Assembly: GCA_964489145.1 (NCBI GenBank)
Contig: CAZAXL010000005.1
Location: 7,255 to 71,254 of the forward strand
Origin: an uncultured Gammaproteobacteria bacterium
Lineage (GTDB): Bacteria; Patescibacteriota; Microgenomatia; UBA8517
Length of the DNA stretch: 64,000 nucleotides
Direction: 5' to 3'
This document shows, piece after piece, positions 8,789-17,235 of the stretch. The notes under the pieces are model-generated. The model was not told the DNA's origin. It worked only from the letters and a program-made list of their open reading frames with translations, and searched no databases. The position numbers were made by a program, and so were the translations under genes. Positions within the stretch are counted from its first letter, which is position 1; each line of letters opens with the position of its first letter.

Positions 8789-8845
8789 ATTATTTATATA
8801 ATCCTTCGGCTACTGCCTCAGGATCTCGCTTTCCTACGAAAGCTC
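8786..8845 (-). promoter_or_regulatory. Conserved stop-hairpin-SD-AT spacer-start cassette (copy 1, rplK/rplA junction)
   Basis: Minus sense 'GAGCTTTCGTAGGAAAGCGAGATCCTGAGGCAGTAGCCGAAGGATTATATAAATAATATG'. Near-identical to the def/fmt junction. Confidence 0.5.
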
Positions 8846-9262
8846 GACTTTCACTCCCATACTTCTTGCTGTTCCTTCAACAATTCTGGCTGCCGCTTCA
8901 ACGTCGGTTGTATTTAAATCAACCATTTTTTCCTCAGCAATTTTTTTGACCTGCTCGTGAGTTATTGTTCCTACTGGTTCTCTCGGGGTTTTACCGCTTC
9001 CTTTTTCAATTCCCAAAGCCTTTTTAATCATGTCGGAAACAGGGGCTTTCTTGATTATAAAATCGAATGATCTGTCTTCGTAAATAGTGATGACCGCGGG
9101 GACAACTTGTCCTTTCATGTCTTTTGTTTTGTCGTTGTACTGTTTGACAAAATCCATGATGGCAACTCCGTGCTGCCCAAGAGCTGTTCCTACGGGAGGA
9201 GCAGGGGTAGCCTCAGCCGCCTTAAGATTGATTTTAACTACTGTTTTGATCTTTTTTGCCAT
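8834..9262 (-). CDS. rplK: 50S ribosomal protein L11
   Basis: 142 aa. 'PPVGTALGQHGV', 'KTPREPVGTIT'. Confidence 0.95.
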   Translation of the reverse strand: MAKKIKTVVKINLKAAEATPAPPVGTALGQHGVAIMDFVKQYNDKTKDMKGQVVPAVITIYEDRSFDFIIKKAPVSDMIKKALGIEKGSGKTPREPVGTITHEQVKKIAEEKMVDLNTTDVEAAARIVEGTARSMGVKVELS

Positions 9263-9399
9263 TTTAACTTAGTTGGAAAGACACAGGGAAACCGGTTATG
9301 AAGTTTCGACCTGGTGGTCTACCTCAGATTTAACCGAGGTAAGGGCATTGTATCATTGGAAAGTTGCGGAGTAAAGTAGAATTATTGTAATATATACGT

Positions 9400-9618
9400 A
9401 TGTCAGAAGACGCCAGTGAAAAAGTTGATTGGATAATACCAGTCGCTAAGGATGTACCAATAGGAAGTGTTTCTTCATCTAAGCTGTCTAAGGCGGCTGA
9501 GCAACACGGAGTAAGACTTGATATCAAAACCGGAAAAGACGGAAAAATCGTAGCAGATATTTACCAAGAGGTTGTTGAAGGTATGCCTGCTCCGAGAAAA
9601 AACCCAACAAAACCTTAA
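9400..9618 (+). CDS. Hypothetical 72-aa protein (antisense to ribosomal operon)
   Basis: ORF only. Confidence 0.25.
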   Translation: MSEDASEKVDWIIPVAKDVPIGSVSSSKLSKAAEQHGVRLDIKTGKDGKIVADIYQEVVEGMPAPRKNPTKP

Positions 9619-9911
9619 GTGTGTCGTTTTCCGCCAAGAAGTTCTCCTGTAACTCTCACACCTTCTTCCCTTTTATAAACTCTTCCTTCCGGCGGATCTC
9701 GGCTTACTGTACGATGGAATCTAGCACCTTTAATTCGGAAAGGTGTATCTTTATCCTCCAGCCCCTGAACAGTGAACAGATCATTTTTGTAGGATTTTGT
9801 CTGCGCAATGCCAACTACTTGATAATGGGTGTCTTTCCAAATAACAACGTCAAGAACTGTAGGATAATCTGGAGAATCGGATCCCTCTTTTTTATTTAAA
9901 TTTTCAGACAT
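9615..9911 (-). CDS. Hypothetical 98-aa protein between nusG and rplK
   Basis: ORF co-oriented with the operon. Its start overlaps the nusG stop. No recognisable domain. Confidence 0.4.
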   Translation of the reverse strand: MSENLNKKEGSDSPDYPTVLDVVIWKDTHYQVVGIAQTKSYKNDLFTVQGLEDKDTPFRIKGARFHRTVSRDPPEGRVYKREEGVRVTGELLGGKRHT

Positions 9912-10540
9912 TAAACTTTCTGAATTTGTAGAAAATCAAGCTCAACCGGTGTTTCGCGGCCGAAAATTGAAACCAAAACTTTGACTTTACCTTTTTCCTC
10001 ATCAATTTCATGGATTGTTCCAAGAAAATCCGAAAAAGGACCGTCGACGATTTTAATAGCCTCACCAACACTAAATTTAGTCTTAAATCTGGGAGCGGGA
10101 GAGCTAATAAATTTCTGGATGTTTGCAACTTCAGCATCGGAAAGAGGGGTGGGTTTATTTCCTGCTCCTACAAATCCTGTAATTCCGGCAGTTGTCCTGA
10201 CGGCAAGCCAAGTCGGATCATCCAAAATCATCTTTACAAGAAGATATCCCGGAAAGATTTTTTCCTTGATGGTTGCTTTTTTACCACTTCTGATAATAAC
10301 TCTGTCTTGTGTCGGAACCAACATTTCAAAAACCCTACCTTCCAGGTTCATGGTTTCAACTCTCTGGCGGAGGGTGTCCATGACACGTACCTCATGGCCC
10401 GAAGAGGTATGAACCACATACCACTTTGCTTTAGGATCGGTTGTTTGGGCAAGGATCATGTGGCCCTGGATCTTTTTATGTCCGATACCTCTTTCTGCTA
10501 CTCCTGCAACTGTTTCTTGCTGTTTTGTGTCTTCGTTCAT
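9911..10540 (-). CDS. nusG: Transcription termination/antitermination factor NusG
   Basis: NGN 'KWYVVHTSSGHE', 'IFPGYLLVKM', KOW 'FSVGEAIKIVDGPFSDFLGTIHEID'. Confidence 0.9.
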   Translation of the reverse strand: MNEDTKQQETVAGVAERGIGHKKIQGHMILAQTTDPKAKWYVVHTSSGHEVRVMDTLRQRVETMNLEGRVFEMLVPTQDRVIIRSGKKATIKEKIFPGYLLVKMILDDPTWLAVRTTAGITGFVGAGNKPTPLSDAEVANIQKFISSPAPRFKTKFSVGEAIKIVDGPFSDFLGTIHEIDEEKGKVKVLVSIFGRETPVELDFLQIQKV

Positions 10541-10548
10541 AGTTATGT

Positions 10549-10734
10549 TTATTTAGTCAATATTCTTGTCAAAACTGTTGTGAACAAATAATCGAGTCCT
10601 CCTACGTAAAATCCAACAATTACCGAAACCAAAAGGACGATACTCGTAAGTCTGACGACTTCATTTTTCTTTGGCCAGGTAACTTTGGAAAGTTCACTTC
10701 TTACTTCTGAAAAGAAAGTAACGACCGATTTCAT
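10549..10734 (-). CDS. secE: Preprotein translocase subunit SecE
   Basis: 61 aa. 'FFSEVRSELSKVTWPKKNEVVRLTSIVL' plus one TM. Upstream of nusG. Confidence 0.8.
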   Translation of the reverse strand: MKSVVTFFSEVRSELSKVTWPKKNEVVRLTSIVLLVSVIVGFYVGGLDYLFTTVLTRILTK

Positions 10735-10797
10735 CTAGATGTGAATTGTATCAAATTATTCTGAAGCGCACAAGATAGATTGCCTCTCGGTGTATAA

Positions 10798-11193
10798 TTG
10801 GCCATGGGAGCTGAAAGTGAGAAAAGACCCATCCGATTTGAGGATGAAAAGAAGCCTAAGTTTAAAATTGCCGAGGGTTCGTGGGAATCTGTTTTGGTTG
10901 GACTGAAGGGTGAGTACCCGGAAAGTGTATTTGGTGTTGCAGATATGGATTATTGGGAGGAAATTGAAGAGAAGGCGACGATGGGTCTGAAGAAAGCCTG
11001 TTTTCAGTATTTTCTGGCCGGGGTAGGGCACGTAACATTAGCCGGAAGGGTAGTAAACAGCAATCCGGCAATAAGGGTTAAAATCAGTCTTGGTGAAATG
11101 TCTACAGGAGAACGGAATGAATTAGTAGACAGGTTTGCCACTTTTTTGTATGACAGGTATCCCAGAAAGTATAGGGAACGGATCAAAAAATGA
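10798..11193 (+). CDS. Hypothetical protein
   Basis: 131 aa. Start codon overlap (ATGA) with rnhB. Confidence 0.4.
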   Translation: MAMGAESEKRPIRFEDEKKPKFKIAEGSWESVLVGLKGEYPESVFGVADMDYWEEIEEKATMGLKKACFQYFLAGVGHVTLAGRVVNSNPAIRVKISLGEMSTGERNELVDRFATFLYDRYPRKYRERIKK

Positions 11194-11873
11194 ATCTTCC
11201 GGATTTTTCCTTCGAAAAGACAGTCTCTAAAAAAGGATACAGAATTATTGCCGGCATAGATGAGGTTGGAAGAGGTTGTTTTGCGGGACCGGTGGTCGCG
11301 GCGGCTGTCGCTTTCGCTCCAAATTCGAAATTCAAATTTCTAATTTCTAATAAATTTCCCAATAAAAAAATAATTATTAATGATTCTAAAAAATTGGCTC
11401 CGAAACAGAGGGAACTGGCTTCGTTCTGGATAAAAAGGAATGCACTTTGCTATGGAATCGGGTGGGCGAGTGTTGCTCAAATTAATAAATTTGGAATCAA
11501 AAAAGCCAGTGAGATAGCTTTTAGGAAAGCGATAAAAAACTGCGGGATCGAGATAAATTATATTTTAATTGATGCTTTTTACGTTCCTTATGTAAGAGGG
11601 TTGCGCCGAAAGAATCAAAAACCGATTATAAAAGGGGATACTAAATCAATTTCAATTGCTGCGGCCTCAATCATAGCCAAAGTTTACCGCGATGAGCTTA
11701 TGACCAAGCTGTCTAAAAATCGTAAATACAAAAAATACGGGTGGGATAAAAATAAAGGCTACGGCACGCTTATTCACAGAAATGCTATCCAAAAATACGG
11801 ACTGACCAGATTGCACAGAAAGAAATTTGTGGAAAGCTATTTTAATAACTCCTCTTTTTCTCAAGCTCGATAG
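11190..11873 (+). CDS. rnhB: Ribonuclease HII (with AT-rich in-frame insertion)
   Basis: 'GIDEVGRGCFAGPVVAAAV', 'NDSKKL'. About 13 extra residues 'NSKFKFLISNKFP' are encoded by a repeat-like AT-rich tract. Confidence 0.9.
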   Translation: MNLPDFSFEKTVSKKGYRIIAGIDEVGRGCFAGPVVAAAVAFAPNSKFKFLISNKFPNKKIIINDSKKLAPKQRELASFWIKRNALCYGIGWASVAQINKFGIKKASEIAFRKAIKNCGIEINYILIDAFYVPYVRGLRRKNQKPIIKGDTKSISIAAASIIAKVYRDELMTKLSKNRKYKKYGWDKNKGYGTLIHRNAIQKYGLTRLHRKKFVESYFNNSSFSQAR

Positions 11874-12036
11874 AGTGGGCGATGCGATACTTGGCCTCTT
11901 TTCTTCTTTCAGCCGGTTTTTTGTAGTGTTCGCGGTCGCGATACTCCTGCATAACACCCTCGACTATGGTTTTTTTACGAAAGCGGGCAATAAGTTTGTC
12001 ATCGCTTTCTCCTTTTTTCTTTTTAATAATAAACAT
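11842..12036 (-). CDS. rpsU: 30S ribosomal protein S21
   Basis: 64 aa, basic. 'KKPAERRKEAK' is the S21 signature. Confidence 0.8.
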   Translation of the reverse strand: MFIIKKKKGESDDKLIARFRKKTIVEGVMQEYRDREHYKKPAERRKEAKYRIAHSIELEKKRSY

Positions 12037-12137
12037 ATTTTGAATATATCCCCGCTTATGCGGTAAACATAAATTTAAATCGCCTCCTTCCTGGTGATAC
12101 TAGCTTGTAATTTTAACATATGTTATGATTTCTTGTA

Positions 12138-13145
12138 ATGTCTAAAAAAGTGGCACTAATTACAGGAATTACCGGCCAGGACGGGAGTTACCTCGCAGAA
12201 CTTCTTCTTAAGAAAGATTATGTTGTTACAGGGATTGTGAGAAAAACCAGTAATATGGCTTATGCCAACATTTCCCATATTCAAGAAGAGTTAAATTTGA
12301 TTCAGGCGGATTTACTGGACCCGATTTCAATTCGTGAGGCGTTGCAAAAATCTAAACCCGATGAAGTTTATAATCTGGCGTCTCAAAGTCACCCCGCGGA
12401 AAGCTTCAGACAACCGATTCATACAGCAGAGATTACCGCAATTGGTGCCCACAGAGTGTTGGACGCAACTCTGGATGTTGTTCCAAAATCAAGATTCTAT
12501 CAAGCCAGCAGCAGCGAAATGTTCGGGTGGGTGAGAGAAATTCCTCAAAACGAAGAGACACCATTTAATCCGGCCAATCCCTATGCGGCTTCAAAGCTTT
12601 ATGCTCATGCCATGACCAAAATATATAGGGAAAGCTATAAAATGTTCGCTTCAAACGGAATTTTATTTAATCACGAATCTCCCCGAAGACACCTTGGTTT
12701 TGTAACCCAAAAAGTGACATACGCTGCAGCCTGCGCAAAACTTGGAATTAAAAGTTCTGAACATCTCAATGAAGAAGGTGAGCCGATTGTCAAAAACGGA
12801 AAAGTGGCTCTTGGAAATCTCCAGGCAAAACGCGATTGGGGATTTGCCGGAGATTATGTTGAAGCCATGTGGCTTATACTGCAGCAGGACAAACCGGACG
12901 ATTTCGTAATCGGAACCGGGGAAACCCACACAATTCAGGAACTTTGTGAGGAATCATATAGCTATGTGGGACTTAACTGGAAAGATCATGTTGTAGTTGA
13001 TGATAGATTTATTCGTCCGACAGAAACGGGGCCATTGGTTGGTGACCCGACAAAGGCAAAGAAAGTGTTGGGTTGGACTCCGAAAACGACTTTTAAAGAA
13101 CTGGTTCACTTGATGGTTAATGCACAAATTGCAAGATTAAAGTAA
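12138..13145 (+). CDS. gmd: GDP-mannose 4,6-dehydratase
   Basis: 'ALITGITGQDGSYLAELLL', 'YAASKLYAH', 'NHESPRR'. Confidence 0.9.
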   Translation: MSKKVALITGITGQDGSYLAELLLKKDYVVTGIVRKTSNMAYANISHIQEELNLIQADLLDPISIREALQKSKPDEVYNLASQSHPAESFRQPIHTAEITAIGAHRVLDATLDVVPKSRFYQASSSEMFGWVREIPQNEETPFNPANPYAASKLYAHAMTKIYRESYKMFASNGILFNHESPRRHLGFVTQKVTYAAACAKLGIKSSEHLNEEGEPIVKNGKVALGNLQAKRDWGFAGDYVEAMWLILQQDKPDDFVIGTGETHTIQELCEESYSYVGLNWKDHVVVDDRFIRPTETGPLVGDPTKAKKVLGWTPKTTFKELVHLMVNAQIARLK

Positions 13146-13568
13146 TTCCATCTTCTTAATTATTTCTGATGTGGAGGGGGATTTAATTTTTGATATTTCA
13201 ACAACTTTGGCTCCGGCTATTTTTGCCTGTTCCTGCTTTTTGTTAAGAATTGGATCGCTTTTTGTTACTGCAATTATTGCAGGACGGGTTTTAACTATAA
13301 GTTTTAAATAATCCCTATCCGTCATTTTATCTTTTAAGATTATTACTTGATCAACAAACTTTAGTGATTTAAGAATTTCCTTTCTTTGTTTTTGTGAATG
13401 GATGGGCCGCCCTTCACCCTTTAGTACCCTTATTCTTTTATCCGATTCTATGGCAACAACCAAGTAATCTCCTAAAGATTTTGCCTTTTTCAAAAAATAG
13501 ATATGTCCGTAGTGGAGGATATCAAAACACCCGCCGGTCAAAATTACTTTAATTTTTGATTTTGTCAT
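13137..13568 (-). CDS. Cytidylyltransferase-family nucleotidyltransferase (HldE domain II / TagD-like)
   Basis: 'ILTGGCFDILHYGHIYFLKKAKSLGDYLVVAIESD...LKGEGRP'. Confidence 0.7.
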   Translation of the reverse strand: MTKSKIKVILTGGCFDILHYGHIYFLKKAKSLGDYLVVAIESDKRIRVLKGEGRPIHSQKQRKEILKSLKFVDQVIILKDKMTDRDYLKLIVKTRPAIIAVTKSDPILNKKQEQAKIAGAKVVEISKIKSPSTSEIIKKMELL

Positions 13569-14199
13569 ATGTGTCCACAGCGAATTTTACGGCCAAATCA
13601 ACGGTCTCATCAAGTCTGCTGTCAAGATTTTCTATAAGGGTGGCTTTCTTTTGAAGTATATCCAAATAAATTTGATCTTGATCGTCACGGACTTTGTATT
13701 CTGCCGGGTCATATTTATCAAGATCTCTTATTTTTCTTCTTTCGGTAATAACTTCCTTTGGTGCAGTTACAAAAAGCACAATTGTATGATCCTGAAGCAG
13801 GTGTACCTTTTCAGGAAAAATTCTTTGGAAAAATTTACCCGAAGCAACTTCAGCCGCGCGGGAAGGGTCAATTCTCCAAACTAAATTTTCACCGGCCAGA
13901 AGCCTCTCAATCTCGATCTTAGGAGTTGCTTTATTTGATGTTCCATATTTTGTGATTGGTTCAACAAGTTCGTCATCCTTGGCCATTTTTTGAAGTTGAG
14001 CACTACTTACAAAATGATATTGAATTCCGTCTGTCTCGCCGGGTCGGGGAGGACGGTCCGTACAAGTAACCACTTTTTTAAGGTTAAATTTTTGGACAAG
14101 GGGATTTTTCAAAAATTCATCCATGACAGAATCCTTTCCGGCGCCGGATGCGCCAGTAAATATGATTAATACCCCGATTTCCACAACAAGATTATACAC
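13549..14199 (-). CDS. gmk: Guanylate kinase
   Basis: P-loop 'TGASGAGKDS', 'TDRPPRPGETDGIQYHFVS', 'YGTS'. Confidence 0.75.
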   Translation of the reverse strand: MYNLVVEIGVLIIFTGASGAGKDSVMDEFLKNPLVQKFNLKKVVTCTDRPPRPGETDGIQYHFVSSAQLQKMAKDDELVEPITKYGTSNKATPKIEIERLLAGENLVWRIDPSRAAEVASGKFFQRIFPEKVHLLQDHTIVLFVTAPKEVITERRKIRDLDKYDPAEYKVRDDQDQIYLDILQKKATLIENLDSRLDETVDLAVKFAVDTYDKIKN

Positions 14200-14241
14200 C
14201 AGCTTCTATTTTTTCTTTTTACTATTTGTTAATATATATTT

Positions 14242-15318
14242 ATGCCCACTGCCAAAAACGAAGACGAAGCGCAAGTAAAAAAAACCTCCTCAAAAGAAAA
14301 GATTAAACTTAATATCGACAAAGAAACACTTAAAAAGTTCAGACTTGTGGTAGTGGCCTACTCAAGCGTTCAAAGAGAACATTTTGCTACAAAGGACGCC
14401 TATGAAGCCGAGATTGAAGTGGAAGAGAGAGCCATTGAAGTTTCCGAAGAAATTAGAAAATTAGGTGTTCCGGTCAGGACTCTTCCCGGAGATCAATACT
14501 TTTATACAAATCTGCTGGTAGATAAGCCCGACTTGGTTGTTAATCTTGTTGACACACTTAAAGGGCGGGATCAGTTGCAGCCTTCAGTACCTGCCGCTCT
14601 TGAGTTGGCAAATATTCCCTATACAGGCGCAGGAATGGAGGGGCTTATCATTGGGAATAACAGAAATCTCACAAAAAGACTTCTTATGGCTTACGACATT
14701 CCAACACCTCCATTCCAGTTTATTAGACGTGCCGGAACCAATATCGATGAAGATTTAGGGGTTCCTCTGATAGTGAAACTTAACGAGGGCGGGGGAAGCG
14801 TGGGAATTAATAACAACGCAGTCAAAGAAACCGAAAGAGCTGCAAAACTTAGGGCAAATAATATGATTTCCACATATCATTTCCCTGTAATTGTTGAGAA
14901 GTTTGTGGATGGTCCGGAAGTAACGGTTGTTGTTTTTGACGATGGAGTGAAACGCCACGTCTTTATGGCTCAGAAAAAGTTTGGCATAAAGCCGGATGGT
15001 AAGCATGAATTTACGAGTATTGAGTCATATAACAGTTGGAAAGCTTATAAATATCTCCCGGTAGACGAAAATAATAAGTTTGAGATTACAAAACTTGCAG
15101 TTAGGGCTTTTGGAGGGCTTCAACATAAAGATTATGCTAAATTTGATGTACGGGTTGATGCTGACACAGGAATCCCATATTTTACGGATAGCAATCCCAA
15201 TACAGCCTTTGGGCCGGATAGGGGTCTTCCTATGACGGAGGTTTTGGCTATGAATGGGGTTGAGTTCTCCGACGTCTTGGCCAGTCTGCTTTCAAAATAC
15301 GCCAAAAATCTTTCTTAG
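14242..15318 (+). CDS. D-Ala-D-Ala-ligase-like ATP-grasp enzyme
   Basis: 358 aa. 'VNLVDTLKG', 'IPYTGAG', 'LIVKLNEGGGSVGI', 'YAKFDVRVDADTGIPYFTDSNPNTAFG' is Ddl-family topology. Confidence 0.7.
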   Translation: MPTAKNEDEAQVKKTSSKEKIKLNIDKETLKKFRLVVVAYSSVQREHFATKDAYEAEIEVEERAIEVSEEIRKLGVPVRTLPGDQYFYTNLLVDKPDLVVNLVDTLKGRDQLQPSVPAALELANIPYTGAGMEGLIIGNNRNLTKRLLMAYDIPTPPFQFIRRAGTNIDEDLGVPLIVKLNEGGGSVGINNNAVKETERAAKLRANNMISTYHFPVIVEKFVDGPEVTVVVFDDGVKRHVFMAQKKFGIKPDGKHEFTSIESYNSWKAYKYLPVDENNKFEITKLAVRAFGGLQHKDYAKFDVRVDADTGIPYFTDSNPNTAFGPDRGLPMTEVLAMNGVEFSDVLASLLSKYAKNLS

Positions 15319-15364
15319 CATACACCTGGACAAATCCCAGTTTGAGTCGTAAAATAGACCGATT

Positions 15365-16024
15365 ATGGAACTCGAGAAAAACATTAAAACCAGGAAATTG
15401 CTTCAAAGGCTTCTTAAGCTTGAGGACAATGTTGTTGGCAAGCCTTTTCCGGGCATGAAGCGTGTCAGGCAAATTTCCAGCTATCACTGTGGCCCGGCCG
15501 TTATTGTGGAATTGTTTTCATTTTTGGGAAAAAATATTTCGCAAATTGCAATTGTTAGGTCTTTGAGAGCCAAAAACAAAATCAGACAGTTGGGTCTTAC
15601 CATTCACGACCTGGCTCGTGCCACCAATATCCTGGGTAAAAAGGAGGTTGTCTTTTGGTGGAAACACCGATCTGCAATCAATGACATCTCTTTGGCTATA
15701 AATAAATATGGCTATCCGGTTGGGGTGGAATGGCAAGGCGTCTTTTACGAAGATGAAGATGAAGACAATGGGCATTATGCGGTTATTACTAAAGTTGATA
15801 AGAAAGCCAATTATTTGAGGATTTGTGACTCCTATTCCGATTTTGCCGGAGTGGACAGAAGATTTCGAATCAAAGATTTTGAGAAAAGATGGTGGGATGT
15901 AAACGAAGTAAAAATCTCAGGAAGGACGAAAACAAGAAAAATTAAGGATATAAGAATGATGTTTGTGATTACTCCAAAGGGCGAAACCTGGCCCAAAAAA
16001 CTTCATATGGTCAAAGCTTTATAA
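15365..16024 (+). CDS. Papain-like (C39/BtrH_N-like) cysteine peptidase/acyltransferase
   Basis: 'QISSYHCGPAVIV' gives Gln-x5-Cys. A later 'NGHYAVITKVD' supplies the His/Asp. Nested between two ATP-grasp genes. Confidence 0.45.
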   Translation: MELEKNIKTRKLLQRLLKLEDNVVGKPFPGMKRVRQISSYHCGPAVIVELFSFLGKNISQIAIVRSLRAKNKIRQLGLTIHDLARATNILGKKEVVFWWKHRSAINDISLAINKYGYPVGVEWQGVFYEDEDEDNGHYAVITKVDKKANYLRICDSYSDFAGVDRRFRIKDFEKRWWDVNEVKISGRTKTRKIKDIRMMFVITPKGETWPKKLHMVKAL

Positions 16025-16053
16025 AACTGTTAGATTATTCTTTAGTATACTAA

Positions 16054-17088
16054 ATGAACGTTGCTCTCACTTATAATGTCAAGAGAAATAAACCTTCAGT
16101 TGGTTTAGAAAAGCAGATTGATATTGAGTTTGATACTCCCCAAGTCACCCAGGCGGAAAAAGAGGCAATTGAAAGTTTTGGTCACAAAGCTTTTCTGGTG
16201 GAGGCCGACGAGAATGCTTTTCTAAAATTAAAAAAGTTAAAAGGAAAAATTGATATTGTTTTTAATGTAGCCGAAGGCCTTTGGGGGGAAGCTCGGGAAA
16301 CCCAAATTCCTATGATTTGTGAGATTTTAAGAATTCCTTATACCCATTCAGGTCCGACTACACACACAATTTCTCTCGATAAGTCTTTTACGAAATTGGT
16401 TTTACATGGGGCCAATGGAATAAATGTTCCCGATTCCCGTGTAGTTAGGGGTAGGGATTATATTATTCCGGATAGTTTAAAATTTCCTCTAATAATAAAG
16501 CCGAACTCTGAGGGATCCAGTAAGGGGGTAATGGATAAAAATGTGGTCAGAAACAGAAAAGATCTGAAAAGTAGAATTGAAGTAACATCCGAAAATTTTG
16601 CCAAGGAAGTTTTGGTTGAGGAGTATATAGAAGGCCGGGAATTTACAGTCGCAATTATTGGTAATGGAAACCCCAGAGTTTTACCGATTATTGAACAGAA
16701 GTTCGATTTCTTACCCAAGGGGATGAATAAAATTGCCAGTTTTGAACTTAAATGGCAATATGAAGATTCTTTGAGAGATTTGCACGACGCTTATGATTGT
16801 CCGGCGAAGATAGATAAAAAACTTGAGGAGGAAATAGAGAATACATCGAGAGAGATATTCAAGCTTTTAGACGTTCGGGACTGTGCCAGAATTGATTATA
16901 GGTTAGATCAAAATGGCAAGCTTTTCTTTTTGGAGATAAACACGCTTCCGGGAATTAATCCAAGTCCTGACGAAATTTCCTATTTTCCTATCGCGGCAAG
17001 AACTGCAGGAATGAGCTTTACAGAAATGGTGGGGGAGATTTTGAATCTTGCGTGTGAAAGATATGGAATTAAGTTCGACAGATCCTAG
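16054..17088 (+). CDS. D-Ala-D-Ala-ligase-like ATP-grasp enzyme
   Basis: 344 aa. 'VFNVAEGLWGE', 'LIIKPNSEGSSKGV', 'EEYIEGREFTVAIIG', 'ARIDYRLDQNGKLFFLEINTLPGI'. Confidence 0.75.
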   Translation: MNVALTYNVKRNKPSVGLEKQIDIEFDTPQVTQAEKEAIESFGHKAFLVEADENAFLKLKKLKGKIDIVFNVAEGLWGEARETQIPMICEILRIPYTHSGPTTHTISLDKSFTKLVLHGANGINVPDSRVVRGRDYIIPDSLKFPLIIKPNSEGSSKGVMDKNVVRNRKDLKSRIEVTSENFAKEVLVEEYIEGREFTVAIIGNGNPRVLPIIEQKFDFLPKGMNKIASFELKWQYEDSLRDLHDAYDCPAKIDKKLEEEIENTSREIFKLLDVRDCARIDYRLDQNGKLFFLEINTLPGINPSPDEISYFPIAARTAGMSFTEMVGEILNLACERYGIKFDRS

Positions 17089-17235
17089 TATATAAACTTC
17101 AAATGGCAGGCTTTAGTATCCCAGCTTCGGACAATTTAGCACAAAGTAAGCTCGTTTGAAATAGATAGAATTAACCAGTTTCTTAACCCTCAACCAGCAA
17201 TTGCTTTCAACATATTAAAAAGTTAAAATTCCGTT

